Positions 28,411 through 41,330 of a stretch of DNA of 64,000 bases are shown piece by piece. Each line of letters starts with the position of its first letter. The first letter of the stretch is position 1. The position numbers and the translations under genes are program-made. The stretch comes from Octopus vulgaris. Its lineage: Eukaryota. The stretch covers positions 80,414,001-80,478,000 of the forward strand of contig OX597822.1 of NCBI GenBank assembly GCA_951406725.2, given 5' to 3'. The notes beneath the pieces are model-generated. The model was not told where the DNA came from and did not search any database. It saw nothing but the letters and a program-made list of their open reading frames with translations.

Positions 28411-28943
28411 ATTTTCTCTATCTGGATGGAGTACTATCTTGGTGATCTTTCCTTAACGGTAAACTATCCATCCATCCATCCATCTGTCCGTCCCTCTCTC
28501 CCTCCTTTCATCCATCCATCCATCAATCCATCCATCCATCCATCCATACATACATACATACATGCATACATGTTTGAATTTTAGTATTTCGCTTCGGTAT
28601 TGAGGGACTAATAATCTGGTGTAGGACTCAATATACGTTAGTCGACTACAGAATGACAATAAAGAAATGAGATTACAGACCAATAAACGATCACCTTCCG
28701 CTGTATGCGCTGAAAGAAGCTGATAAAGTTACTATGAATATATATATATATATATATATATATAGATATATATATATATGGGTGTGTGTGATTGTGTATA
28801 GAAGAATATATTAATAAAAAGAATTCCAACCTTGTCTGATTTTCACGTTTTATTTACAATCTTATAATGATATATTATAAGATAATATATTATAATTGAA
28901 TAAAATAAAATGAAATAGTAGAATGTTAAATATTCATTCTGAT

Positions 28944-28988
28944 TGAACTAGTACTTTCATGCATTGAATTCTGCAATCTTCGGGTTCA
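28944..28988 (-). ncRNA. Minimal type I hammerhead ribozyme motif in the PLE 3' repeat (pLTR)
   Basis: Minus strand reads TGAAC-CCGAAGA-T-TGCA-gaattcaa-TGCA-T-GAAA-GTAC-TA-GTTCA. Stem I is TGAAC/GTTCA, stem II TGCA/TGCA, stem III is palindromic GTAC, and the core has U4C. Confidence 0.8.
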
Positions 28989-29482
28989 TGTAGTAGTGTT
29001 GACAGTCATGCTTCACAATTTTTGACTGTAGCAAGATGAGTGATTCTGTGCTATAAATACAGCTGGGTAGGCTCCAGAGTGTTAGGTTTTGCAAACTGTA
29101 TTCTGACCAATCAGTGTGTAGTATCACTCAATTACTTAAGCTGATTGGTTGGTTGAGCTGATTGGTTTAGGCATCACGCTTTGTTGGACATGTCAAGAGT
29201 CCTGTATCTTGACCCTGGCCGAAGCAGCAATTGTTGGGTTATTTTTAGAAATGTTGTAAATATCCTTTGTCAGAGATTTTTATATTTTTATATTTCAATT
29301 GTCATCATCATCATTGTCAGCACCTTAATTATTGTTGCTAGTGGTGATGGTGGTGGCAATAGAACTTTTAACCCTAAATAAGATAATTTTCCTGCTATCT
29401 TCGTCTTGATCACCTTTAGTATTGTTGTTGTTGTTAGTGGTCATGGTCGTAGCAGTGGAAGTAATACCTCTAAGTATTATTA

Positions 29483-31049
29483 TTATTGCTTATTTAGCTT
29501 GGGTTCGAATTTATCAATAAAATTCTTTTCTCTGATTTTCCTCTCGATTTCACTTGGGCTGTGTAATTTGTAGAATGGAAATATTATATATATTTTCCGA
29601 CCACATGTTGCTAGGTGGTTACTCAAAGGTATCTGACGGACCTCTGGGTCTCTAATCTGTTGCCGGTGTACACGTGAGCGTTCTAATAGTGCGTTTCCCG
29701 TCTGACCTACATATATTTCTTCACAATTTGATGCAGTAAATTAAATTTCTGCTTTTGCAGTTCATATTCGCGTTTGTGAATATTTTCCCGGTTTTTGTGT
29801 TTATATATTGACCGGTATGTATGAATTGGCATGTGCCACATCGGCTATCATTGCATTTAGATACCGTGAATGTTTGGTCTTTGTTGCTGAGGTCAAATTT
29901 TGCCTTTGTTAGTAATGTTTTCAAGTTTTTAGGCTGTCTTTTACTAAGCACCATAGCTCGATCCTTGATTATGTCTTTTAATTCATTACTTTGGGCAATG
30001 ATTGGTAGGTTTGCTTTGGCAATGTTGAAGATATTCTGGTGACATGGGTTGTGTGTCACTATGAATGGTATGACTTGTTCTTGTTTTCCTCTTCCTTGGG
30101 TTGTCCTAAGTTGTTGTATAGGTATTTTTATAGCCCGCTGTATGCCATTTTCTATAAGTAGAGATGGGTATTTTTGTTTGAGCAAAAATTCTCTTAGTTC
30201 TATTAGGCGTTTGTTCCTGATATTTGCATCTTCTACAATAGTACAAATTCTTCTGGCTAGGCAGTATGGGATGTTACGTTTTGTATGTGGTGGATGGCAC
30301 GACTTAAAATTTAGGTATTGATGTGTGTCTGTGTGTTTATAGTATATATCTGTGGTGATGGTGGTGTCTTTTTTAATTACCATTATATCCAGGAATGGTA
30401 ATTTGGTACTACTCATCTCCTTTGTAAATTTGAGAGATGGGTGTAGGTTGTTCAGGAGGATATTGAACTCTTCCAGAGTATTTAGAGATTCTGTCCAGAT
30501 TATGAAACAGTCGTCTAGGTATCTCTTCCATGCCTTTTCAATATACTTTCTAAATCCAGTGCCATAGTTTACCTCCACCTCTTGGTAGAGTTGTTCTTCT
30601 AAGTATCCCATTACAGAGTTGGCGTAAACGGGAGCAAACCTCGTTCCCATCGCCGTGCCTCTAATTTGGATGTAATTCTTTCCATTGAAGAAGAATGTGT
30701 TATTTTCTAGAATAAGTTTGACTGTGTCTAATATAAATGGCACTGTGAATCTGCTGGGAATCACTTCTCTATGTTTTTCTAACCAGTATTTAATCGCCTT
30801 TATTCCTAAATCGTGTGGAATATTGGTGTAGAGGCTTACCACATCAAAACTTAGCAAAACTGAATTTGTTTCTGTTGTTTTGGGAAGATGGGACAGGAAG
30901 TCGATGTCATCCCTGATGAAACTTGGTATGTAAGTACATAGTGGTTTCAAAACAATGTCAATAAAATTGCTTAGACGGTGTGTAGGGCATGCTGGACCAG
31001 CTATAATAGGTCTAAGTTTTAGGTCTTTTGGATGTAATAATTTTATGTA
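29483..31049 (-). pseudogene. PLE reverse transcriptase + GIY-YIG endonuclease ORF, 5'-truncated, one frameshift near 29727
   Basis: ORF 29721..30950 extends upstream in frame (YIKLLHPKDLKLRPIIAGPACPTHRLSNFIDIV). After NLIYCIK a second frame continues NCEEIYVGQTGNALLERSRVHRQQIRDPEVRQIPLSNHLATC...REKNFIDKFEPKLNKQ with stop at 29485-29483, giving the LIY...YVG motif plus His residues of the CCHH motif. Confidence 0.92.
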
Positions 31050-31104
31050 ATAATATGTAATTTTATGTAATTTTAATAATATGTAATTTTATGTAATTTT
31101 ATGT

Positions 31105-31165
<61 letters not shown>

Positions 31166-31272
31166 AATATATATAAATAGATATATACATACATACATAT
31201 GTATATGTATATATACATATATAAATATAGATAGATAGATATATGCACACACACACACATACACACACAAAC

Positions 31273-31303
<31 letters not shown>

Positions 31304-31989
31304 CATATACACGTACATACGGCTTATTAATATATTGCTTGTGCCACCTCCAGACGTTTGTTTATTCTTTCTTTTTTCTTTTTCTCTCTGCTTTTTAATT
31401 GATGATATATATATATCAAATATATGTGCGTATGTATAAAGCTAGGCATAAATATGCACATGAAAATACGTATACATATATGTTTGTGTGTATGTATCTT
31501 TGTATGTATATCCCAAATACACTTTTACACACACACACACACACATATGCATATATGTATCTGCAGACGTAAGCATGTATACATTAGGAATCAATGGATA
31601 AATGATTGATGGGCAAATAACCGTAGATGTATCTGTACAGGAATATACGCATGCATTTGAAGTAAGCTGTTTCCTGAGAAAACTCTCACTGCACATAGGT
31701 CCATCAGATACCGGTACGGTACGTCTCTTCTGTTCATTATCTTAATCGACATCTGAGCGTTGAGTTGCATAAGGCCGGCGACGTTGCTTTGATTTCGCTT
31801 GTGGCAGGAGTGCCAACGGACAACCGTTTGTGCACGATTGCGGAATGGATGCATACATGTGTGTGTAATTTGCACTAATGGAAATTGACTAGCAGGGAAA
31901 CTAAAAGTGAATTCCATGACAGAAACTTTCTGATTTGCTGAACGGTACTAGTAGTAGTAGTAATAAAAATAGGAATAACAATTGAATTT

Positions 31990-32175
31990 TTAATAAGGCC
32001 TAGGAATTTGAACAGAGTGGGGAAGTAGATTGCAGGAATCCCAATGCTTAACTGGTATTTTTTCTATCGACCCCGAAGGGATGAAAAGAAAAGCGAAGTT
32101 TGAAATCAGAACGTAAATCTGGATGACGTCCACTGAACATTTTGTCCGGCGTACAAAAACATTTTGCCAGCTCAT
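31990..32175 (-). mobile_element. SINE family 1 (diverged)
   Basis: ACTGGTATTT..TATCGACCCCGAAGGGATGAAA...TTTTGCCAGCTC. Confidence 0.75.
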
Positions 32176-32218
32176 GACCCTAGTAACAACAACAACAGTA
32201 GTAATGATGATGATGATG

Positions 32219-32297
<79 letters not shown>

Positions 32298-32310
32298 TGA
32301 TAATAATAAT

Positions 32311-32625
32311 AGGAAGAATTTAGAGCATGCGAACTGTAAAAGTCGTGCTTATAATAATTGGTGCGTTGGGAACAGTAAGCAAAGATTTAGACAAATGGCT
32401 GAAGGAGATTGGAATAGAATGTCCAGTAGAACTCCTACAGAAAGTTTGTCTCTTAAGGACAGCAAGGATTATCAGCGGGGTTCTAAGCACTTGAAAGACT
32501 GCTGAAAACTTGTGGATGTTGTCGGGTCCCCCTGCTGATATTGAGAGTTGCGCTCTACGAACAGACAGTAACCGTCTATCCACATAATCCCTGCCGGGAA
32601 TGAGACCGATCCTGCGACAAATCAA
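32311..32625 (+). mobile_element. R4/Dong-like non-LTR element 3' end inserted in (TAA)n
   Basis: SMRTVKVVLIIIGALGTVSKDLDKWLKEIGIECPVELLQKVCLLRTARIISGVLST* (stop 32492-32494) matches the C-terminus of restriction-like endonuclease LINEs. It directly follows a long (AAT)n tract and is followed by degenerate TAA repeats. Confidence 0.85.
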
Positions 32626-33862
32626 AATAATTATAATGATAATTTCAATTTTTAACACGAGGGCAGCAATTACGTGTAAGGGGTTAAGTCGATTAGATAA
32701 ACTCTACAAATTCAACGGTATTCATGATATCAAAGTATGATAATGTCGACTCCGATGGAAGTGAGGGAATTGAGCAAGCAAACGATTAGAAATGGCTCTC
32801 AAAGTATAAAGCGGGGTTTCAATAACAGGCTGAGATAACACCTCGTCTTACTTAACTTTTTATGGATGTGAAACGAAAAGGGCCAACTCCTCAGACATTC
32901 AGCATGTGTGACTCTGTGTGTGTGTGTATGTGTATGTGTATTTTTGTCTGTGTGTCCGTATTTATATGCACACACGCACATCTTCGCGTTAAGAATAACA
33001 GTGCTAAATAACTCAATGTAGAAAAAATACGCTTGCAATCCGGCAAAATTGTCAGAACGTCAGAAAAGAATTGCCTTTCTCTCGCTGATCCTTGTATTTG
33101 CATTCGCTTTTGTATCTCTTTGTTTCGGTGCCGATATGATAAATTACCAATCAAGTATTGGAGTCCGATGATATCGACTAACCCCTTCCCTTTTTATTGC
33201 TGGTTGTGTGTCTGAATTGGACAGAATGTAGCTTGTGATGTATTGAGAAATTAATTCAGGTATCTTAGAGCAACTGCGTGAAATTAGAAGTTTCCACACG
33301 CGCTACACATTTGTCGTGTGTGTAATTTTGTTTATGTGAGCGCGCATCTGTGCGTGTATGCTGTGTGTGTGTGTGTGTGTGTGCTTGCATGTACATAATA
33401 TATACAGTTGATTTACGGAATTCAGCCAACATAAAGTAACCTGACCTGCCTTTTATATTGAAAACATCTAATACTGATAAATTGTTGTTTGTGGCAAAGA
33501 ACGTGCAAAGGGAACCAAGACATTTTATTATATCGAAAGCACGGTAATCACAGCATCAATATTATCGTTACTCTGTCTGTGGCATGAACAAATACACTCG
33601 CAGATACATCATACGCGCGCACACATACAAACGCGCACATACAAACACTGAAATGCCTATGTAAAAACACTGAAGCATATATGTATAGCCACATGTATGC
33701 ATCCGCACATTCCTGAATACATACAAGAGACATGTATACATACTGAGTGATATATGCATTCAGAAACATTAGATTAGTGTTAACACAGAAACACTTCCGT
33801 TAAATCGTGGTTACCTGTGTTCAACTTGAGAACGGATTAATAATACTACTACTAATAATAAT

Positions 33863-34076
33863 AATCTTTTCTAGTATAGTTACAAGGTCTGGTATTGGTG
33901 GGAATGGGATACGTCGATCTCATCGACCCCAATACATCACTGGTACTTAATTTATCGACCCCAAAAGGGTGAAAGGCAAAGTCGGCCTCGGCGGAATTTG
34001 AACTCAGAATTTAAGGACGGACGAAATGCGCTAAGCATTTTTCCCCGTGTGCTAACGATTCTGCCAGCTGACCGCC

Positions 34077-34162
<86 letters not shown>

Positions 34163-34755
34163 CCTTTCTATTGGAGGCACCAGGCCTCAAGTTTGGGGAG
34201 GGGACAGTCGATTACATCGACCCAAGTGCGTAACTGCTACTTAATGTATCTACCCCGAAAGGGTGAAAGGCAACGCCGGCCCCGGTGGCATTTGATCTCA
34301 GAACGTGGCGACGGACGAAATACCGCTTAGCATTTCGCCCAGCGTGCTAACAATTTTATGAGTTTGCTGGTTTCGTACCTCTTGCTGGTTTCGTACCTCT
34401 TTGAGCAACACCAAATTCACTCAACCATCCACAAACACTCTCCAAGCTTTCCTATCATTTATAAACTCTCTTGCCTCTCTCACTCTAGTATATCTAACCA
34501 CCACCGTAATAATATAAATAATAAATACGGTGATAATGATAATTGTTTCAAATTTTTAATCAATGCCTACAATTCTGACGAGATGGTGGTTAATGGAGGT
34601 CATCAAGCTCAGCACTTGAGATGATACTTATTTTAACGAGCAGGAGGGATGAACGATAAAGTCGACTCCGGAGAAGAATTTGATCTCAGCATTTAATAAG
34701 GATGGAAGAAATAGCACTAGGTATTTCGTCAGACACACTAACGATTCTGCTAAAA
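33863..34755 (-). mobile_element. Three co-oriented SINE family 1 copies (33863-34077, 34160-34356, ~34545-34755) separated by (AAT)n tails
   Basis: Repeated GGTACTTAATTTATCGACCCC.AAAGGGTGAAAGGCAAAGTCG.CCTCGGCGGAATTTGAACTCAGAA...CTGCCAGCT..CCGCC, with an (AAT)n tract at 34078-34162. Confidence 0.85.
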
Positions 34756-34786
34756 TGATAATAATAATTACAATAAATGATAAACA

Positions 34787-34837
<51 letters not shown>

Positions 34838-34858
34838 CAGCAGCAGCAGCAGCAGCAA

Positions 34859-34911
<53 letters not shown>

Positions 34912-35076
34912 AAAACATGCTCTCAGCTCAAACAAAGTTGAGAGCACCTAATTGATGAAATAAATGAACAAATTTATTAAATCAATGATTGAAGCTGGAT
35001 TTGCGAACAAATAATCAGTTGTATTGGCAATAATTAGGTTGTTAGTTAGATAAATAAAGAGACACGCAGGAATGGG

Positions 35077-35077
<1 letters not shown>

Positions 35078-35158
<81 letters not shown>

Positions 35159-36059
35159 CAGGTAGACAGATAGATAGATAGATAGAATGAGAGAGAGTGA
35201 GAGTAGACAGAGACAGAGACAGACAGATAGAGAGTTTAGCATATAGAGAGACAGGGAGTTAGATTGTTAGAGAGATGGATATATAAATATATAGACAGAC
35301 TAACAGATAGAGATAGATAAATAGATACATAGGTGGAGAGATTGATGGAGTGATAGACAGATGAATAGAGTGAGATAGAGAAATAGATTGCATAGATTAA
35401 TTGAGATAGATATGTAGATAGAAAGAGAGATAGACAAATGGAATTAGGCATAAAAATAGATAGATGGATAGGCTGATGCGTAGATAGATATACAAAGAGA
35501 CAGAGAGACAGATAAATGAATTTGAATATGGGTAATTGAATAGACAGGTTGATGTTAAATTGCATTTATAAATAAGTAGTAGCAAGGAGAAATATAGAGT
35601 GATAGATAGATATATCAATATTTAGTGAGGTAATATGTAGATAGGTAATAAGATTGATTGACGTTTTAAGGGAGTAATGTTTTAATTCCGTGTGGTGGTG
35701 GTGTTGCTTGTGTTGGGGTGTAATGGTGTAATGGAAGTGCGAAGTTGTTTCAAATAGTGGCATTTACTTTCAATTTGCTATAGGAAATTTCGAGAAGTAG
35801 ATGAGAGAGAATATTATATTAATAATGGGAATACAAGGAGAGAAATTGGAAGATGAAGCGATAGTCTTAAAAGTGTGATTAAATGTGAGAGTGATTGCTT
35901 AGATGTGTGACTGAAGAGAGAACAGCGATATAAAGTAGACAGATAGACAGATAGGTAGACAAATAGATAGACAGACAGATAGATAGATAGACTGACAAAT
36001 AGATAGATAGAGAGAGAGATATATAGATAGATAGATAGACAGACAGACAGGCAGAAAGT

Positions 36060-36125
<66 letters not shown>
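35078..36125. repeat. (GATA)n/(GACA)n-rich region, partly degenerate
   Basis: Read directly. Other (GATA)n tracts lie at 42908-43041 and 46140-46203. Confidence 0.9.
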
Positions 36126-37062
36126 TAGAGGTAGATAGCTGGAGACAGAAAAAAAGAGAGTGAGATAGAAGGAGAGAGAGGTAGAATGAAAGAACAGTGC
36201 TCCAAACAACGATCCAGATTCAGGGAGCGTCATGAAAAGAGTGAAAGAAAGAGCGTTACATTGATAGAGTTAGAGGTTACATAGAGAAGCAGGGTGGAGA
36301 AAGAAGGAAAGAGAAGGAGAAGGTGGAAGAGAGACGAAGAGGAAGGGTGAGAAGTCTGCACAAAGTTACAATAAAGCTTTAAATATATTTCGTTAATGAA
36401 GTAAGTGCAAAGCCTCGTTGGAAGCAATGTAATAACAGAGAAGCTAAACGGGAACAATGGATCTAATTTTCATGTCTCTATCTTGTTAACTTCCATGAAG
36501 CAAACAAAAACAATATAATTATATACATACACGCAGACATGCGTACATACGTGCGTGTGTGTGTGTGTTTTGGGTATGTGTGCTGGTATATTTGTACGTG
36601 TGTGTGTGTTCGCGTGAGCGTATATCTACGCACACAGAATTACACACATTCACGTATACATATAACAGAATATATACATGGGATATATTTATATAATAAA
36701 TCTATTGTTATAAATAAATAATTGCCATCGTGTGAGTGCTAATGAGTCTGTGTGTATGTGTATTTGTGTGTGTGTGTCTGAGTAAGTGTGTCTGTGTACG
36801 TGTGTGCGTGCACGCGTTTGCTCTACCAGAAGCGACCAAAATATTACAATCGAAAATGCTTCGTGCACGTAGCATTGTTTTGCTAACTTTGCTAATTAAT
36901 ATGCCGCAGTAATCACAGAGAACGTCTCCAATTTGAACTCGTCACTAAGTTTTCAAAATCACATTGAATTATAGATGATGGCAAAAGTAGAAGAAAGAAT
37001 GTTGGTTTGTGGTAGCTTGCTGAAATACTTCTCATATTTCAAACTTGAAGCGAAGTGGGGCG

Positions 37063-37595
37063 AGGACAAGCTGGCAGAATTGTTAGCACGCTGGACGAAA
37101 TGTTTGTAGTATTTCGCCCGTCGCTACGTTCTGAGTTCAAATTCTACCGCGGACGACATTGCCTTTCATTCTCTTGGGGTCGATAAATTGAGTACCAGTG
37201 AATCACTGGGGTCGATGTAATCGACTAGTTCCCCCCTCACAAATTTCACGCCTTGTGCTTATACTAGAAAGGATATTTAGAACTTGGCGTGAAGGGAGCC
37301 GGCTAGCAGAATCGTTAGCATGTCGCGAAAACCAAGAACAAAAGAATACTTAGTGGCAGTTCTTCCAGATATTTCAGTTGAAATTCCGCCGAAGTCAAAT
37401 TTGCTTTTTATCTTTTCGGGGTCGATAGAATAAAATACCAATCCAGTACCGGAGTCGATGTAACCGACAAACTCTGCCACAATGCCTTTCTTTGTGCCAA
37501 AATTGGAACTAATATTTAGAGGTTGGCAGCACGCTGGACGAAATGTTTGCGGTATTTCGCTACGTTCTGAGTACAAATTCTTCCGCGGTCGACAT
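37063..37595 (+). mobile_element. SINE family 1 cluster (37063-37276, ~37295-37510, partial 37520-37595)
   Basis: Same head and central domain, repeated head-to-tail. Confidence 0.85.
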
Positions 37596-38000
37596 TGAGC
37601 TATTGCTAAGCCTTTGATTTAAAGAGGGAACAATGACCTGCTGGCTCGACCATCCAAGCGCGTAGCCTAATGATCTGCAAACCGCTTTAATATATCATAT
37701 ACTTAAAAAATTTAATCATACATGTATCTAGGATAGCGGCTTTTTACTGATTTTATTCATTAGGCTGGGACCATGCTTGGGTATAGCTATTAAGCAGTTA
37801 GGTGAATAGAACAAGTCAAGCAAATATTTCTGCATCATTCTTAATTCATCGTTATCAAATTAATTTAGTTCTAGGTTTGAAGTAGCACAGTATAACAAAC
37901 GCATTGGTTTTACATAGTTCTAAATATAAGCGGATAAGAACACTATCCTTACATACACAGACAAAGCACACACTGATAGTCTCTCTCCTTGCCCTCTCCC

Positions 38001-38041
<41 letters not shown>

Positions 38042-39384
38042 CACACATATACACACTCATACACCAAGCTAATTGTTATATATAAATAGGCTCTTATTAC
38101 AATGAAGTGTTATAACAGCTTGTTTAAAGATAAGATTTGTTAAATAACTGATATTAATTCTCAAACACATAGCAATAATAAACCTGAAATTATTTGCTTT
38201 TATATCCCACTCACCCATCCTCAATGTAAGTACACTTTTCGATAAACATGTTATCTTTGAGTTAAGAACTTTACAAAGAATCATAAGTATTATAAAATTT
38301 TAGTAGTAAAATTTATTCGCTATTTTGAAACAGAAATAGTGAACATAAACAATAAAAATCTTAACAACTGTCTACATCTAATATTTATAGTTCATTTATC
38401 TCACTTAACCTCATAAACTAGCCATTAGATATCTTTCGAAATTGATAGCTTATTCTGCAAAAGTATTTACAGTTTCCAAAGATTTTATTAGTTTTACTGG
38501 CAATACTTTCAAGAGACGACTTCATCAACATCAGTATTCTATATGAAATCCAAAAATATCTTTGAAGGTAATTTCATCAAACTATGGTATTGGAAAATAA
38601 AATCCTACTAATATTATTTGAAGTATATGAGATCTTATGACTAGCAAACATGGTTACAACCGTATTATCTTTGCAAATCGAAGAAGATTCATATATTGTT
38701 TCACGAAATGCTTGTGTTAACTACCTATTCGTTTAGAGTCAACATATCTGTCGTAGAAATCAAGAACATCTGATTAAATATTTTAAAACACAATAACTGA
38801 AAATCGTTCGTCACTCTTGCATCAAGTATTTTCTGCATTTTGTCGTAACAAAATATCAAAGAGACGAGAATATTAATGACAAACAAGTAATACCATCACA
38901 CAGCAACATTTTAACTAGATTAAAGGTTTTGGAAGCTAATGTGGATATTCAACGGTCTTTTCTCATAGATTACCGTTTTAGAATAAATAAAATAAACCTA
39001 GTGATATTGTGTTTATCTAAGGTTGTTGGGGGCGTTAATCGAAGGGAAGCAAAAATATTTCCCTGGATAGTACGATATTCTTTTAAACCAAGGTTCTCCT
39101 GAACAAGAAACGTTTAATTCGATGCTCAAGGCCAAAGTTTAATGCATCGATTAAACATTATTGGATCACGTGATAAAATACGCGTCATCTGGAATTGTGA
39201 CTCTGCTTTTATTCTTAAATCTGTTGAATTTATTTATTTTTTAAGAATGGAAGATTTAACTTAGCAACAAGTCATCATTTTGATCCATCAGGTCCCAAAA
39301 AAGAAGGGACAAAATAGTGGGACACAATTACCTAGAAGTAGTTTCAATATACCGAATTGAAAGAAGAGTAAATGGGGAAATAAT

Positions 39385-39656
39385 AGATCTTCATACTAAG
39401 CACTGTATAGTTTCCTTTGTCTATGTTGTATGTTTTTCTATGTTGTATCCACTCAGCTGGCAAAAATGTGCTGTACCTGTATTTCAAAGAAGCCGATCTT
39501 GTCACACTCTGTGTCACGCTGAATATCCCTGAGAACTACGCTAGGGGTACACGCGAGTGTAGATTGCTCAGTCACTTGCACGTTAATTTCACGAGTATGC
39601 TGTTCCGTTGATAGTATCAGCTGGGATCCTCGTCGTCCTAACCGACGGAGTGCTCA
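39385..39656 (+). mobile_element. SINE family 3
   Basis: CCACTCAGCTGGCAAAAATG...GTCACACTCTGTGTCACGCTGAAT.TCCCTGAGAACTACG...TTAATTTCACGAG...CCTCGTCGTC.TAACCGACGGAG. Confidence 0.8.
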
Positions 39657-39724
39657 AAAAGAAAAGAAAATCTTGAAATATAAGGAATCAAATCCAACAT
39701 TCACTTCCTTGGGGTGGCCATTAA

Positions 39725-39935
39725 TGTTCTTTCTGATTTTAGTACAACTCCAGAAATTCTAAGAGGCGGGGAAGTTGGTTGCATAGAACCAGCTCTCAAC
39801 TGATACTTATTTTATCGAGTCCTAGAGGATGGAAGACAGAGTCGATCTTCACGGCATTTAAAATGAAAACTTAAAGAGCTGGTAAGAAATTGCGCGAAGC
39901 ATTTTGTCTTGCGCGATAACGTTTCTACCAGTTCC
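39725..39935 (-). mobile_element. SINE family 1 (diverged)
   Basis: TGATACTTATTTTATCGAG...AGGATGGAAGACAGAGTCGA...AGCATTTTGTC..GCGCGATAACGTTTCTACCAG. Confidence 0.65.
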
Positions 39936-40371
39936 CTGCATTCAGGTTACCATTGATATAAAAAAAACAACTGATTGTTGTTATGGTCATATATATTTGA
40001 GCCAAAATCGTAATGTCTTCTTTATCATTATTCTGGCATAATGTAGCTAGGACTACATAATCCAGTGTCCCTAATTGCTGATATTAAGGTTTGATTTAAA
40101 AGAAATCTGACTGCTAACAGGCCGAATGACCTCATGCAGACTCCTTCCTCGAAACCAGCTGCTTAGCCCTAGGACTGATAATCAATGATATTCCAGCTTT
40201 GGTCATCCGATTCGTCAGTCAACCAGAGTGAGTTCTACGACTAATTCAGTCGGTGAGTCCTTGCCTCTTTGAGATGTTAGGGTGCAAAATCTGCAATTTC
40301 TGACGGGTCGAATGTCAGCGGAAGATCTATCTTCTTTCCTCGAGTTACAAATATCAATAATAACAACCCGT

Positions 40372-40772
40372 AATTTTCGTGTAATAGTTTCAGCAATCGA
40401 CCATTTACGGACATCATCTTGAAAGGTTTTAGTCCAAAAAGTCCGCCTATTCTTATTTCTTTGTAATTTTGCTTCTAATTTTATCGGTCTACTTTGTCGC
40501 AGCGCTGGGTTATTGGGCAGTTACAAACCTGCTGACAAGTAGTGGAAGCGACAAACGCATACACAAAGACACAAAGGCGCAAAGGCACACACAGACATAC
40601 TTATATATAATTATGTACGACGGGCTTTCACACAGTTTCTGTCTAACAAATTCACTTACAAGGTATATAACGTGGACCTACAATTGAAGGCACTTGCTCA
40701 AGTTGCCACGTGATGGGACTGAGCCTGGAGCCATGTGGAGGTGAAGCAAGCTTCTTAACTACACATCCATGT
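40372..40772 (-). mobile_element. SINE family 2 (diverged), head-to-head with the next copy
   Basis: ACGACGGGCTTT..CACAGTTTCTGTCTA.CAAATTCACT.ACAAGG...GGCACTTGCTCAAG.TGCCACG..TGGGACTGAGCC...AAGCAAGCTTCTTAAC.ACAC. Confidence 0.75.
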
Positions 40773-40822
40773 GTTTGTTTCAACCATCTATAGCATTACC
40801 ATGTAGTAATAACCATGAAATA

Positions 40823-40988
40823 GGCCTCGGCGTGGTTGAGTGGTAGGAAGGTTACCTCTCAACCACATGGTTGCGGGTTCAGTCACCCCACTGCGTGGGA
40901 CCTTGGGCAAGTGTCTTCTACTATGGTTTCGGGCCGACCAAAGCCTTGTGAGTGGATTTGATAGGTAGAAATTGAAAGAAGCTCATAG

Positions 40989-41058
<70 letters not shown>

Positions 41059-41330
41059 TAAATATATATATATGTATGTGTGTGTGTGTATCTGTGTGTA
41101 TGTGTCTTTGTGTTTGTGTTTGTCCCCCACCACAGCTTGATTGCCAGTATTGGTGTGTTTGCGTCTCCCTAACTAGGCGGTTCGGCAAAACAGAACGATA
41201 AAAAGTAGGTACCAGGCTTTAGAAACAAAACGTACTGGGGTCGATTCATTCGACTAAATGATCTTCAAGGCGGTGCCCCAGCATGGCCGCGGTCAAGTGA
41301 CTGAAACAATTAAAAGATAAAAGATAAAAA
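40823..41330 (+). mobile_element. SINE family 2, full length
   Basis: GGCGTGGTTGAGTGGTAGGAAG (A box), GGGTTCAGTC (B-box-like), internal TA/GT tract, and tail GGCGGTGCCCCAGCATGGCCGC...CTGAAAC(AAAAGAT)n. Confidence 0.9.

Larger units (their letters stand above)
28797..31050 (-). mobile_element. Penelope-like retroelement (Neptune clade), 5'-truncated, between (TA)n tracts
   Basis: PLE-type RT (LRPIIAG, SFDVVSLYTNIPH, GTAMG, RYLDD, LPFLD), a linker with CNDSRCGTC...C typical of Neptune, a GIY-YIG domain, then a ~680 bp 3' region containing an HHR. (TA)n tracts lie on both sides. Confidence 0.93.

Noticed and set aside
29821-30567. Plus-strand ORFs overlapping the PLE
   Set aside because: They are antisense shadows of the RT frame.
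38280-38980. Possible hAT transposase relic (NVDIQRSF resembling xxERSFS)
   Set aside because: Only one weak motif in AT-rich sequence, with no TIR or TSD found.
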